Notes: a model not told the origin generated them from the sequence alone. DNA of 64,000 nucleotides from Toensbergia leucococca (GCA_022813965.1 JALDZS010000011.1:62001-126000), one strand, 5' to 3'. Positions 36,240-49,471 are shown, counted from the stretch's first letter. Numbers and translations: made by a program.

Positions 36240-37456
36240 ATGGCCCCCAAGAGACCACTATCAGCCGTATCCTCGCCGCATTCTACAAGTAGTCGATCAG
36301 TTGAAAAGAAAAGCAGATCAACCATCAGGCCCGCCATTATCAAGATAATCAAAACTACCAAGACAAAGCTGTCTCGTCGAATCCATCGCCATGCTACTGC
36401 TACGCAAATTTTGGCTGCAGCTTCCAACACAGAAGTGGTTTCTGAGGTGAAGACTCTCGTGCCCTTCTTTGCACGAGTAAGACTAATCATAATCTCGAGA
36501 CGGAGAAGGCTACTTTGCTCGAGAGCTCACCATCCAGAATCGTCAGCGGAGAAATGGTCAGTGTAAGTAGACGCAACGCAACAGCGACAAAGTCGACAAC
36601 TAGGGTAGAAAACGCAAAACAGTCTTTCAAGCCTCGCAAGCCACGTCCTCAGGATAAAAAGAAGATCCTACCCTTCCTCAGCCTCCCCACGGAGCTTCGG
36701 AACATGATTTATGACCATTTACTGGTTAGTGAGACTGCTATCTATCTTACCATGCCAGCCGCCGGCAATTCAGCGAACTATGATCAAGTAGAGAAATGGA
36801 CTCTGTACCCTGGAGACTCCCCAGCGACCGATGGACTTCATCCGGCCATCTCTCAAACATGTAAACTTCTCTTTAGGGAAACAATTCCAATCTTATACGG
36901 AAGGAACACTTTCATCCATGGTCTTCCCTCGGATGGATCTGTGCCAAAGCTCTACCTGCCCTTCAGACACCTGAAGTATGTCAGGCGACTGAAGGTACAA
37001 ATCTCCTTCCCATACATATCCCCGCGCAGTCCGTGTAACCCTTATATCTGGGAGGATTACTTCCGCCGTGTAGTCGACGTCCGCGCATCCCAATTCCTGG
37101 AAAAGTTCAAGCGGGCACAATCGCAACTCGAAATCGTCGAAATTCGTGTACAGGGTTTCGAAGTTGCCCCTCAACGCGGGGGAATTCATAATATACTCAA
37201 GGAAAAGATCCTATCGAACTCGTGTATTTTGAAATCTTTAAAGAACCTAAAGCCCACGTCCGAGATGGGTTTCCATTTTCTTGGCCTCCTTGAAGCTGCA
37301 GAGGGCACCGTGGAATGCATGGTTCGGGCTATGGAGAAGTTTGGAGGGGGTAAAAGGGTTCCAAAGTGTTATTCGGAGCTGGGTAAATCTGAAGGATGGT
37401 GGCGCATAAAAATGGAAGACAGGAAACCGGACAAGAGACTTTCCATGGAGCCTTAG
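36240..37456 (+). CDS. F-box-like/DUF7730-type hypothetical protein with a basic N-terminus
   Basis: Motifs PFLSLPTELRNMIYDHLL and PAISQTCKLLFRETIPILYGRNTF. ATG at 36240 (MAPKRP). One probable intron near 36447-36510 with an uncertain acceptor. Confidence 0.7.
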
Positions 37457-38952
37457 GTATCTTCTAAACCGTTCTTTTGGTAATATCACACCGCTCAGTC
37501 GGGCAAAACCTTCCGCAAGGCACGTAGCGGAGTATCTGCTCTGACTTTGATCCGGCTCTTGAGAAGATGGCCTCAAAGGGCGGGTACCATTGATATGGCA
37601 TTACGGCGAATTTCTCAAATCGATGAATCGATGGTTGGAGGTCTAAGGACATTCTTGTGGTCACTGTAAATAGGATGTGTCCATCAGTTAAATTGATACT
37701 GTATTGACTGATCCTACAATGATTGACCACAATACTGACTGACATGGCCATGAACTCACATGGAACGAAATAATACGGCACCAATGAACACAGCTATGAC
37801 AGGTACAACCTTGACAAAAATTACCATTTCACCAACGACGCAGCCCTCCCCTTGGCATTACCAACCCCTCCCGCAGACAACAAAGTTAGGTACCCGGTCC
37901 CAGCGACCAGATACATACAACTTCCCAGCCCCCAACAACAACTCTAAGCAATCACAAGGAAAAACCCTCCCCCTCATGACTGTAATCTCGTTATATTTTT
38001 CATAAAGCGGCTACACTAAGCCTATCCTCGCCTAGTAGCATCACTCATCTCTCTTCTCTGGCCCCCTCATTCCCCTCAAGACTCCCTTTTTGTTTTTCTC
38101 CCCTCCTCAAAACTCCCTTGAAGTACCCTATCCTCTAATCTCTCTTGTTTCTCAGACCCCACCCTCTTTCTCTATCAACCTCGCCGCTGAAAAACCAGGA
38201 AAAATAGCTTCTTAGTTGTGCTCTTTTTTAGAACAAAGCCCTTGATCTTGTTTCTCTGACTACTGAGAAGGATTGTGGAAATTAGAGTGAGATTGATAGA
38301 GGCAAGGATGGAGGGAGAGTGAGAGTGGATCAAGGAAAAGGGGTAATTAGGGAGGGAAAAAGGAAGGGGGTTTCTGAGTTTTGGGGTTGAGAGTTGAGGA
38401 TTGTGAAGGTGTGATGGTAGATTAGGGTTGTGGAACCGCTTTTTAAAAAAGGGGGAGGGGGTTGGTGGATATGGTGCCAATTCTTCATCGTTGGCTTTTC
38501 TCAAACTCGTTCTCTTACCATAATGCTCTCCGGTTCATTCTTCAGTCACTCACATAAGAAGATGACAAACACTTTACTTTTCCCCCAGGGTGGGAAGGGA
38601 TGGTTTTTTTTTTTGAAACTGTCTTCGCTGGACGGGGTATATTGAGTAACGACGCCCTCTAGCAATCAGGGGCTATTAACACACTCATACCTGAAGAAAG
38701 TGAGTTTAAGCACATGGTAGCAAAACCACCACGAAGAAGCAACTCGACTCATAATTCAGAACATGCAAGTAGAGGTACGGATTCCTTTGTGGATGAGATG
38801 TGCAGGGTTGAAGGTTGGAGATATGGAATGATATATATACTTAACAAACAATCAATCTAAACATACCAGTGATAGTCAAAAAGTGGAGGAGAAAAGCTTC
38901 TCCAATCATCTGAGCGATCTTGGCCCGAAAAAAAACAAAACCCCGATTCCTC

Positions 38953-40522
38953 TCAAAACCGCACCGGCGGCCTACCAGTCTCCAAGTCCCTCAACGTAGA
39001 ATACTTACTCACCAATCTCCCCTCTGGCTCCGACCGCATCCGCTGCAACAACGCGCGCTCCCGATCCTGCCACAGCGTATCCGCCCTCTTGGCCAAAAAT
39101 GGTCTCTCCGTCTTCGTCGCGCCCGCCATATCAACCCAAATTTTCTCGTGCGAAAAGGCCTTTGCTGGGTCGAGGAAATAGCCATTGCTATTGAGGTGAG
39201 GATCGAAGGAACCGATCTTGACGATCGAGTGTTTGGAGAGGGATGAGGAAGAGGATTTTAGCTTGGAGGAGAAGAGGGATTTTAGAGTGCTGAGGGGTGG
39301 AAGGTGGTAGCGGAGGAAGGAGGCGAGGGCGGGCATGCAGCCGCACATTATGCCAACTGTGAGTTCGATGACGCTAAGTAGAGAGAAAGATTAGTTGATG
39401 GGATGGGGTTTGACCAGGGGCAAGCGGGGATGTTTACACAAGGAAGAGGACGGGAACCAGCTCCCATGTCACGTCTTCGGAGGCGTTGAGTCTGGTGCGG
39501 TAGTATAGCCCGAAGACACTTGACATACATGCTCTGTTGGGCGGTCAGTCTGGCTGTTTCAGCAGTGACGTGGGGAAATTGGTGGAAACCTTACAGGAAA
39601 CCTGTCATAAAGATTGCACTGACGCCAAGCTTTTTGCGCACAGGAAGCTGCAATTGCCACACCCCGGGTATGGGTAGGATCAAAACATAGAAATCACTGA
39701 TTACGTTGACAGAGCCTTGAACGACACTCAAAGGAATACTTCTAGCGGTGTCAGGCGAGAGGGCGGATTCAAGCCAGGTTTGACCGGGCCTCGGGCTACA
39801 GAGGATGGCGTAGGCGATCATTGTTGCCGTGTAAAATAATGTGATGAAGATCATGCCAAAGTAGATGAAGTAGCGTAGTTTAACGTTAGGGCGGAAGATT
39901 TCTAGGTAGAGGAGGAGGAGGGAGAGTTTGGCCATTAGGATGCTGGGGGAGTAAAGTATATCGATAGCGAGGAATTCCTGAGGAGAAGAAGGTTGAGATT
40001 TTGCGCGTTGTGGATTTGGATCAGCGCTGGCAGCAGACTCACTTGGAATAAGGTTGGGGTGAAGTCAGAGACTGGGACGTTCCATTGATGAGGTCCCACC
40101 CCTTCTTTTAATGCTGCGACAGGATCAATCATCCGTACCGATGTTGGATGGTGATAGATCTTACTAGCTATCGATACGGCAGCAAAGCCTATTGTACCAA
40201 TCTGTTACAGCATAAGAACAAACATATCTGCTTTGCGAAGAGACTCTTTACCACGGCGGGTAGGCAGGCATCTACCCAGTATCAGCAACGTACATCTCTT
40301 CCTCATGCAAAGCAGTCACTTACAATCATCCCAGCCCAACTTATGTTTAATGTAAATCTTGGTATAGAAGCGTATCATGACAAGCAAAGACATGAGGGTC
40401 AAACATATTGCACTTGTGATTATGAGGTCGGAGCCACGCGACTGGCGATCGATAAAATTGGATGCAACACCAGGAGGTGGAGTCAAGGCTGGAATGTCGA
40501 GGCCTTGAGGAAGAGATCCCAT
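38953..40522 (-). CDS. Pth11-like integral membrane receptor (fungal rhodopsin domain, no CFEM), multi-exon
   Basis: Motifs PALTPPPGVASNF, RFYTK..LGWDD, GVGPHQWNV, AKLSLLLLYLEIF, NVISDFYVLILPIPGVWQLQL..RKKLGVSAIF and ICGCMPAL. Confidence 0.9.
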
Positions 40523-42005
40523 GTTGAAAGGAGGCAGCTCGATCACTTTGTCCTTTGGCACGGTTCTCACATAATTTCCAAATGAAATGGAAAAGGGCAC
40601 AGAGCTGGTCTTCTAGAGAAAAAACATTCCAACATCCTTGAATGGCAAAGGCTTGTCTGTGCCTTGTACATACTTACTATTTGGGTTGCACAGCATTTTG
40701 ATCATGGGATTTGATTTTCCCACCATGGGCCAGATTCAAAGGATCAGGATTGAGACTTGAGCAGGATAAGACAAGGCTGGATCAGGAACGATAGACTTTT
40801 ACTCGCGAATTAAGTGAAGAACGCGGGTTATAATACAAAGCAGATAAGGGATGCAGTAAGTCAGGAAGCATTCAAACGAAGGATAAGCTAAAAGGAGTTT
40901 CAAGGCTGGGTAGGTGCCGCCTTCAGACACTGCGCTAGCAAAAGCTTGACTGTTCGCCATCAAGTTCTTGCTTGACTCAGTAGAGCCACCATAACGTGTC
41001 CAGAGTGTTTCAGGTGAAAGGAATGGATATTGCGAATTGTGCGGCAAAGATGTTGGATGGGGGCTGTGAGCAAGTAGAAGACAATAAATAGGCAAGTCCC
41101 GGAAGTTAAGGTTTATCCCAAGCAAATCTAGAGATTGATACAGGTCGCATTGTCTCGGCGGTTGAAGTGGCTCTTGTTCTTCTCTTTCTCTGATCTGCCA
41201 TCCTTCGGGTTATGGGGATTAGAGTTGTGGAGTGAGATGTGGGAGACAGGGCTCGTTGAAGCTCGGCTGTGTAATAATACCGAGCATCAAAATACGAGTC
41301 TGTATTACTCTAAATCATTAGCGCAGTAGGCGCCTGTCAATGACGAGTGACAACCAAGCTAACTTCAACTTCAACTTCAATCTCTTTTCCGTCTACGACT
41401 GCTCGTCTAGAATTATCTACCTTCTACCTACCAAAGACCAGCTTACTTGGACTTTTAGTCAACCATTGGGATGAATTGAAGATCCATTCTTCTAGTCTAC
41501 GCCGCCCTAAGAAGGATTCAATTCCGTCATCTAGCTGCGCCACCATGGTTCTTTCATGCAAGTCAGATCCAGCGCTTTGTTTTCCTTCCATGATTCGTCC
41601 CGACTTCCGTTCCCTACATAGTGAAGGCTGTGAGCACGTCCAAATCTTGCAGGACTTCATCTCACGTCACTCTACAGTTCCCTCTTTTCGCCCTGCAATG
41701 AAATTGCTGAGCTTATTGTGCACCAATTGTGGCTACAATCAACATCACACAATGTGCAATGCTACGTCCAATTTTCTAGTGTCATGCCATACAATAATGT
41801 TTTTGCTTTCACATTTCCAACTTCGTCTTACACCTATCATGTACTTGAGAAACAAGGCCATCTACTCGTGCCTCAATCCCCGCGTCATCCGACATCTATA
41901 ATTATAATGCTTGATCTTGCTCTAAATGTTAAATACGGCATGCATCCCTAATTGCTCCAACAATCACATAATCTTCTATTCATACCAATCCCATAAGCCT
42001 GAAAC

Positions 42006-42715
42006 ATGTTTTCCTCACTCAAATTCGTCCTCCTCATGACCACAGCCGCATCCATAACCACCGCCCAAAGCATCAGCGATGTTCCCGCCTGCGCTGTATG
42101 TCGCCCACTCTTCTCCACAATACTCGCCTTACTAATCCTTCCTTCAGGAAACCGCCGCCCTCTCAAGCATCAGCTCAACAGGCTGTCAACTCACCGACTT
42201 CAAATGCATCTGCACCGACCAATCCTTTATAAGCTCCCTCCTTCCAGTCGTGCAAAATTCCTGTAGCGCAGCCGATTTCCAAAGTAAACCTCCCTTTAAT
42301 CCCCTCCTTCGATAATAAAGAGCTCGCACAAGAACGGCACCCAAGAACAATCCCACCAAGATATAAGCTCACACAACCCTTCCCAACTACAGAGACAATC
42401 ACCTTCACCCAAAACCTCTGTTCCTCCGTCGGCATAACTCTCAACATCGCCTCCATAACCGCCGCCGCGACTGCCCCGTCCATGAGCTCTGCTGGCCCCT
42501 CCTCTTCCATTACATTCGCTAGCAGCAACGCCACAGCCACCCAAGCTACAAACAGCACGCTCTCTGTCTCATCAACAGCCCCGACGAGTACAAAAGCAAG
42601 CACCACAGCGACCGAAGCGCCATCTTCCGGTGCCACGACTAATGGACTCAGCCTCACTGGGATTATTCTCGGCGTGCTCGTAACGCTGAATGTAGGGTGG
42701 GAGAACGGTCTTTAG
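42006..42715 (+). CDS. GPI-anchored CFEM-domain protein (6-Cys variant), 3 exons
   Basis: Signal peptide, then VPACA|ETAALSSISSTGCQLTDFKCICTDQSF...SCS..DFQ|KTITFTQNLCSSVG, an S/T stalk and a hydrophobic C-terminus. Confidence 0.88.
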
Positions 42716-43197
42716 CGCGGGGAAGAAATGATAAGTGTAATAGCAGCCGAGAACGTCTTCTTTCATAATTTGTCTTGGATCCCCCTTTTTAAAATACCAG
42801 TAAATAGCCCACTCAACCTTAGCATTCCTCTACATTTTTCAAAACCGGGCCTGGAAAAAACCCTACTAATCTTTAATCCTTTGTTTGATACCTACCTTTC
42901 TTTAGGGATAGGTAACCACTTTAGTCTACCTGTAGCAAAGATATATCAACCCTCATCTAATCCCTTACTTTGCAAGCTTGCGACTCTGACACAATTTGTT
43001 TCTACTTAAGATACTATGTTCAATGAAGTAGGAGACATGGTGGTCTTGCATCCCATCTTGCATACCAGCTTCAATGAACATTATTACTGTAGAGAAAAAC
43101 TGTTACTTTTGTCAGCTTCATGGCCGTGAACCATGCGAGTAGCTCGAGTAGCCTTCTCGAAGCCGGCTGGCTAACAATTTACTCTTCAAATAGCCTC

Positions 43198-43940
43198 ATG
43201 TCATCTAAAGATCGCTTGACCGAACCCATGAGACCTCGCTCGCCAGATACCACGTCAAAGATCTGAAGTCCTTTGGGGACTCTCTCATTGATGCTGTTAC
43301 TGCCGCTATCCCCAACGCAGACCGATCGCCATACACGGGCGTCCACGTGCTTCTACTGAGGTGGGAGGACGATAAGCTGAGGGTAATCGAAGAGGTATTG
43401 GAGATTCAGGATGTCTTTCGGCCATATTATCGGTACGAAGCCGAGGAGCGGAAGATGCCCAGCAACAGATCTTACACCTCGCTCAACGTCCGACTCCTAG
43501 AAATTCTTGATAATCATGACGGCAATAACAATCCTGCACTCGTATACTGTGGCGGACACGCTGGGATGAATGACAATCGGTAGTGTATCTGGTCCTAGTT
43601 CGCTTCGCCGTATCTTCAATCACAGGCGTGGAAGCTGACAACATTTTCTCCAACTATTCTCAGTCACAAACTACCGCAATATGATCGAGTTTCATTTGAT
43701 ATTTTTTGCCCATTGTATTTCCAACACCAGTAAAGTGAAATCGGACAGTTTTTGCAGCCACTGATCGTGAGACAATTGTAAAACAGAAATCATGTCTCGT
43801 CCAATTGCAGCCATAGTACGAGTAATCATTGGTGGTCATCGCACAGGAAACTGTTGCCTGAGGTTTATTAGTCATCGGCGACCCAGCCCCCTCATCGTCA
43901 CTCTCGCGCAGCTTTAGCAAATCCTCACCATGGTCAGCAG
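43198..43940 (+). pseudogene. Caspase-like (peptidase C14-like fold) gene remnant
   Basis: From 43248: YHVKDLKSFG...YTGVHVLLLRWEDDKL...EIQDVF...MPS...LVYCGGHAGMNDNR*CIWS. ATG 43198 is out of frame, there is a TAG at 43581-43583, and the downstream part is scrambled with no D-C-C motif. Confidence 0.6.
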
Positions 43941-44303
43941 CGCATCATTACGCTTCACGTCAACATCGACAGGTAAATAAATATCCGACGTCAATGGATC
44001 CTCCCAACAGACCCATCGTGCGCCATCTGATTCGTCGTCCCGTCAAGGACATCCTACAATCTTCTCTCCTCCACCACAAGCCGTTTTCCCCTCCCCCAGG
44101 GATCCAATACAGAGAATTTTTCAGGAACGTCATCTTCAGGCTCCAAGAAAAACGTGGCTTCCGACCAAACTCAAGCCAAACGTTGTCCTTAGATATTCCT
44201 TTATCGTACTCACTGCTCTGACAGCACCTCCCGTGATCGACAACCAGGTCCTACAACGGAGAGCAAAGTCAGCACCTTATGTTTTGGGTACATATCTGCC
44301 AAC

Positions 44304-46434
44304 ATGGCTTCGGAACATGTCCATAAACGAGCATTCATCAAAGTTGACTCTGAAGGCTCTTCCTGTGCACGGGAAGGGTCACTATCACGTGATGGTGAAC
44401 ATCCACTTTGTATATTCTGTCAGCGAATGCTCATTCAGCCAACAACCGACCTAGCAGACGAGGAGAAGTGCAAATTCCGTTTACATGTCAGAAATATTGT
44501 CCAGTCAGCGAAGGCTCACTGCCCGTTGTGTATGCTCGTTATATCAAGGCTAGGTTCCTTTCGCCTCCGTACCAATGACATAAACCGATTCGACATTACG
44601 GAATTGGATTGCCAACTTTATTGGGCACCTGAGAATGGTGTTCCTTTCTTGAGGTACAATATTGCTGACAGTATCTTAAATGACTTTGTCGTGGAGCTTC
44701 ATCCCGAGACATGTGAGAGGTTCCTGATTCAATGTATTGGATCGGGGGAGCTAAAGTCGCATAGCCGTCACAGATATGGCAATTGGTCAATTGCGACCGT
44801 CATCCACAGGTTCAGAAGTGTGCGACATGGTTGCAATCAAGTGGCTCATGCATTGCGTCGCAAATCATCCCATATGTCGTACGCCGGAGGAGGAAACATT
44901 GTGGCTTCCCAGCCGCCTCATTGACGTAGGCAGTCCATGGAATAATTCTGGACCTCGCCTCGTGATCAGTTCAGACTTGAACCTCAGACATATCAAGCCG
45001 CTCTACACCTGCCTCAGTCACCGATGGTCAGATGAGAACATGCTCAAATTATCGGCTTCGAATATCGATACTTTGAAGAGGGAGATTCCTCTAGAAAGCC
45101 TCTCTCCCACATTCCGAGATGCTCTTCAAGTAACTCGAAAACTCGGCGCTCGTTATCTGTGGATCGACTCCTTGTGCATTTTGCAAGATTCCTTGAAAGA
45201 TTGGCATGCCGAATCCGTCGAGATGGGGAAAGTCTACAATCATTCCCTTTGCAACATAGCTGCAAACGCAAGCTCTGACATTGGCGGGGGGCTATTCCAA
45301 GAACGAGAAACTCGCTTCATTACCCCATATAAGCTGCGAATTGTATTCAGTGGGCATGATGAAACCTACTGCTTTTTCCGAGCAAACATGTGGTGCGCAT
45401 ATATTACGGACGCAACTTTGAATAAGCGCGGTTGGGTTTTCCAAGAGAGAATGCTAAGTCCCCGTACATTGCATTACTCTCACCAGCTATTCTGGGAATG
45501 CCAGACGCTGCAGGCCTGCGAAACATTTCCCGCCGGGCTACCAGGCGGACTGAATGACTTCGCCGACCACAATGATGCTTGGCTTCCTATAACGCTCAAG
45601 AACTGGCGAGACATTGGTCAATTATGGGACTGGGGAGATGCAATTCAGATCTACTCAAACTGTCGGCTGACAAATCTCGAGGATAGACTTATCGCAATAG
45701 CTGGCATCGCAAAGGAGGTGCAGCCTTATTTGAAAGATGAATATCTTGCTGGGTTATGGAAGAAAGATTTACCACACAATTTGCTATGGTCGCTGGTCAA
45801 TGTCTCCGACCGCGCCGTTGAGAAACCAATGACATATCGGTGTAAGAGTTTTCCTGTGTCACAAACCCCAGATATCTTGCAAGATTCCAACTAACCAAAC
45901 TAAATGGCAGGCCCTTCATGGTCCTGGGCGTCACTTGACTTCGACTATGCTGATATCGAATTTGTACCTCCGGGAAACATCGAGGACACGCTAGTAAGCA
46001 TACTAGATGCGCGTGTCAAATCGACAAGCGGTGACATCTTCGGTCACCTATGCGGAGGTTATGTGGAGCTCGAAGGGCGAATTGATCAAATCTTCTCTGC
46101 CAATTTTCCTAATCCAGGGCCGTGGTTGTCAAATCATCCGTCCTATGAATTCAGGCTAGATGTAGAGGGAAACACCACCGACGAGTGCCTCTATTGCCTG
46201 CCAATTGTCATTTACAACCAGGGGCGTTCTCCAGGACACAATTACCCATCCTTGATTACATGTCTCTTACTACGACCGGAAACCCCTGAGGTTCAGACTT
46301 TTGTGAGGGTTGGCACTTTGGATGTTTCTTTGGATATGGAAGTTATTTTACCCCTGGAATTGCAATGGATCGTGGATTTTTCAAGGACGGATCGTGCTAG
46401 TAGGTTTGGGCTGTCCACAATTATGATCTATTGA
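44304..46434 (+). CDS. HET-domain (heterokaryon incompatibility, PF06985-type) protein, 3 exons
   Basis: Motifs LPSRLIDV, YTCLSHRW, TFRDA..VTRKLG.RYLWIDSLCILQD, MGKVY, RGWVFQERMLSPR.LH, LFWEC, DRLIAIAGIA, YLAGLW and PSWSWAS. Introns at ~44713-44773 and ~45842-45910. Confidence 0.93.
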
Positions 46435-46723
46435 TAAATCTAGAGTAACGAACCTTTCAACAACGGGCAGTACTCCACATGAGGATGTCAAAATGCATGT
46501 CTGTGAATCTCATGCGTGGATGTCACAGAGGCTTGCGATAAACTTGGATTTGAGTCAATTCTTGGATAAATGCTGTTTTTTTGCATTTTCAATGCGTGTG
46601 GGACGGTTTGTATGAGCAGCTTACGAGATTGAAACGACTGCATGGTAGTTCCGTGCAGAGGCAGCCACGTTTTGACGCCACACTTAATGTGAGTTTCACG
46701 TAATATACAATAATATGGTTCCT

Positions 46724-47465
46724 TTAGGCTCCTGATACTTGGACGCCCCTTTTTTGATAGGTGGACGAAAATCTTATCATTCTGCACCACATTTTGCCTC
46801 AATTCTCTATCACTATGCAAACCATTTACCTGTTCCATTTGCGTGCCCATCTAGAAGTCAAATTACCTAGGAAAAACAAAGCACGTTTTTGTATCACATT
46901 CTGACCTCGATTCCCTCCCACCCCCAGGCGCAAAAAATATCATGATTTTGCAAGTTTATCTACAAGCCTCCTGAGTCATCTTGTACTGAGGTCATGAAGC
47001 ACTCTGTTATTCACATGAATTCCACCTTCCCCCTCACCTCTAGGTTCTCGCCCCCCTCTAGGTCCTTGCTCACCTCAGTCACCTCAATCACCCGAAAGAC
47101 CTTCCATCCGTTTAAATTCAGAAGGTTCACGCTGTGTACCCCCTATCAAAAGCCTGTTATTATCTCACACCGTGAGCGCCTGTAGGATGACCACGGGGTG
47201 AGCAATGATCACGAACGATGTTTTTGCGCCCGGGAGTGGGGGGGAATTCAATCTTAGAATGTGATACAAAAACGTGCTTTTTTCTCCTAGGTACTTTGGA
47301 CCCTCTAGATGGGGGCACGCAAAATGGAAACAGGTAAATGGGCTTGCCATAGGTAGTGATTAGAGAGAATTGAGCGCAAAAATGTGGTGCAGAATGATAA
47401 AGATTTTTCGTCCCACCTATTCAAAAAAAAAAAAAGGGGGGCGTTCATGTTATCAGCAGCATAAA
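46724..47465. mobile_element. Foldback/MITE-like element with ~220-250-bp imperfect inverted arms and a ~270-bp spacer
   Basis: The left arm (46724-46945) is the reverse complement of the right arm (47215-47465), e.g. tatcattctgcaccacatttt / aaaatgtggtgcagaatgata and aaagcacgtttttgtatcacattct / agaatgtgatacaaaaacgtgcttt. Confidence 0.75.
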
Positions 47466-48054
47466 ATAGTAGCAAACTCATTGTATTTTTATGTATTTGT
47501 GTGATGGAAATCTGAGACCTTCAAACCAGAAAGTCATTCTGACATGTAGGGTTTTTTGTCACGCAGGGATGAACGTTACCTCATTCACAGCTGAAGGGGC
47601 AGTAGTGACTCAGGAAACAGTGGTAATGCGTGCCACGATCTGAGACAAGCACTGAGTTTCGAAGTAAGATGATCATCTGATATGAGAATTTTGTAGGATA
47701 GGTGACTGAGACTTATCCCGTTGCATTAGGTATCCGACCCTGTATATATGTGAATGAGAGATTCAATGGGATATATGAAGTATTTAATGTTCAGGTTTTG
47801 TGGACTCAGATTTGACTGACTTCTCATGTTGTTTGGATTCTTCATCCTATTACATAAGAGGCCTGAGGACTGAGAGATGCGAGGGGCTTGGAAGGACACT
47901 TCTCTGGAATGAAGATTTCCATCACAGCGACGCTTATGGTATAGCTGAGAGTTCCTGTTTGATAAAATGGGACCGAAAAAGGGGGTATCAGTTGAGAGCT
48001 ATATCTATCCATGGCATCTATTTACAACATCCACACAACGCTTGCTACGATATT

Positions 48055-49471
48055 TCACTACCTCAAAGTGTCAGCTACGCCTCTCTGCCACATCCCCAAA
48101 TTCATCGAGAGAGAGGACTCACCAAAAAGTAATCCGCAAGCGGTTTCTTGGCCGGCATTCCGCTCGGCTCCGTCTTCGCCGCTTCAAAGACTCGATACCG
48201 CCTCCCAGGCCCTTGTCTAGCCCCCGCATTAGCAAGGCCAGCAAGAAGACTTTTCCTCCTCTCTGCATCGCCATTGCTCCTGCTCACTATGCCGCCCCCG
48301 CTGGCATCCTCTCCTAGCTCTAAGATGGCAGCCACGTTCCCGCACCGATAGCAATAGTTCGGCGCAGACCATACCGTCACAATACTGGAATCGAACATTT
48401 CTTTGAAGCCTTCCATGACGAGTTGATGGGCCCGTGCTATAAGAGACAGGTCGTTCATGTGATTGAACCGTTTTACGATGTCGGAGCCGAAGAGAAAGCC
48501 TGCCCCTCGAGGGGAAAGACCCCATCCGTCAATCTCGTCTGGATCTGACCAGAGAAGGTCACACATGGCCCCTTCATGAGGCACTTCTTGCTTGCGGTCA
48601 AGTAATCGAATTTTATCGACGCTGTCTACCAAGGGACTTAGACCTCCGTGAACGCAGAGCACGGCGCCGCCGCTGTTAGATCGAGAGCCGGAGCTAGAGC
48701 TTGTTGCTGAAGTTCCGGGCGGCGCGGTCTTGAAAGGAGTTGAATGGTTGGGGGAGGTGGATGGGGATGAGACGAGGGTGGTATTGGGAGCTTGCTGTTG
48801 GTTGCGGCGGCGGGGAGAGCGAGTTATAAGTTCATTTTTAGAGTTCATGACTTCTACTTCGACTTCGGAGTCTAGAGGAGGAATATTGGTTTGCGTAGAT
48901 TGTTCAGAGGTGTGGTTTATGGATGGCTCGAGGGTTGAGCTTGTTCCTAGAACCAAAGCCCCCAAAGCTAGGTAATCGAATACCTCGCAGCAATATCTCC
49001 ACACATTCGCACTGCCATATTTCCGTAAACATTCATCATAAAAGCCATATACAGTAGTGATTTGCCTGCTCTCATGGTTGCCCCTGATTAACGTGATTCG
49101 ATCTGGGTATCGGACCTTGAGGCATAACAGAAGCAAGAAGCTCTCCAAGCTATAGAAACCCCGATCCACGAAATCACCCATGAAGAGATAGTTGGTGTCA
49201 GGAACGTCGCCACCGACATGGAAGAGTTCCATGAGGTCATGGAATTGGCCATGAATGTCGCCACATATAGTCACCGGGGCGTCGACGTGTACGACATTTC
49301 CTTCTTCTATAAGAAGCTCTCGAGCTTTATGGGTGAGTTCGCGGACTTGAGATTCGGGAATTGTTCGACAACCACGAAGTTCGGAGATTGCTCTAGAGAC
49401 GCTCGAATCAGCTGGAGGTGATGAAGAGAGGTGGCTCAAAGTGAAGAGAATTACTTGTCTAAGTCACTCAT
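48055..49471 (-). CDS. PPH3: Ser/Thr protein phosphatase 4 catalytic subunit (PP2A-like)
   Basis: Motifs GDIHGQ, GDFVDRG, RGNHE, HGGLSP, RAHQL and SAPNYC, with the PP4-type end [13 protein letters not shown]. Micro-exon 1 MSDLDK starts at ATG 49471. A final intron (48122-48058) is followed by TGA. Confidence 0.88.
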
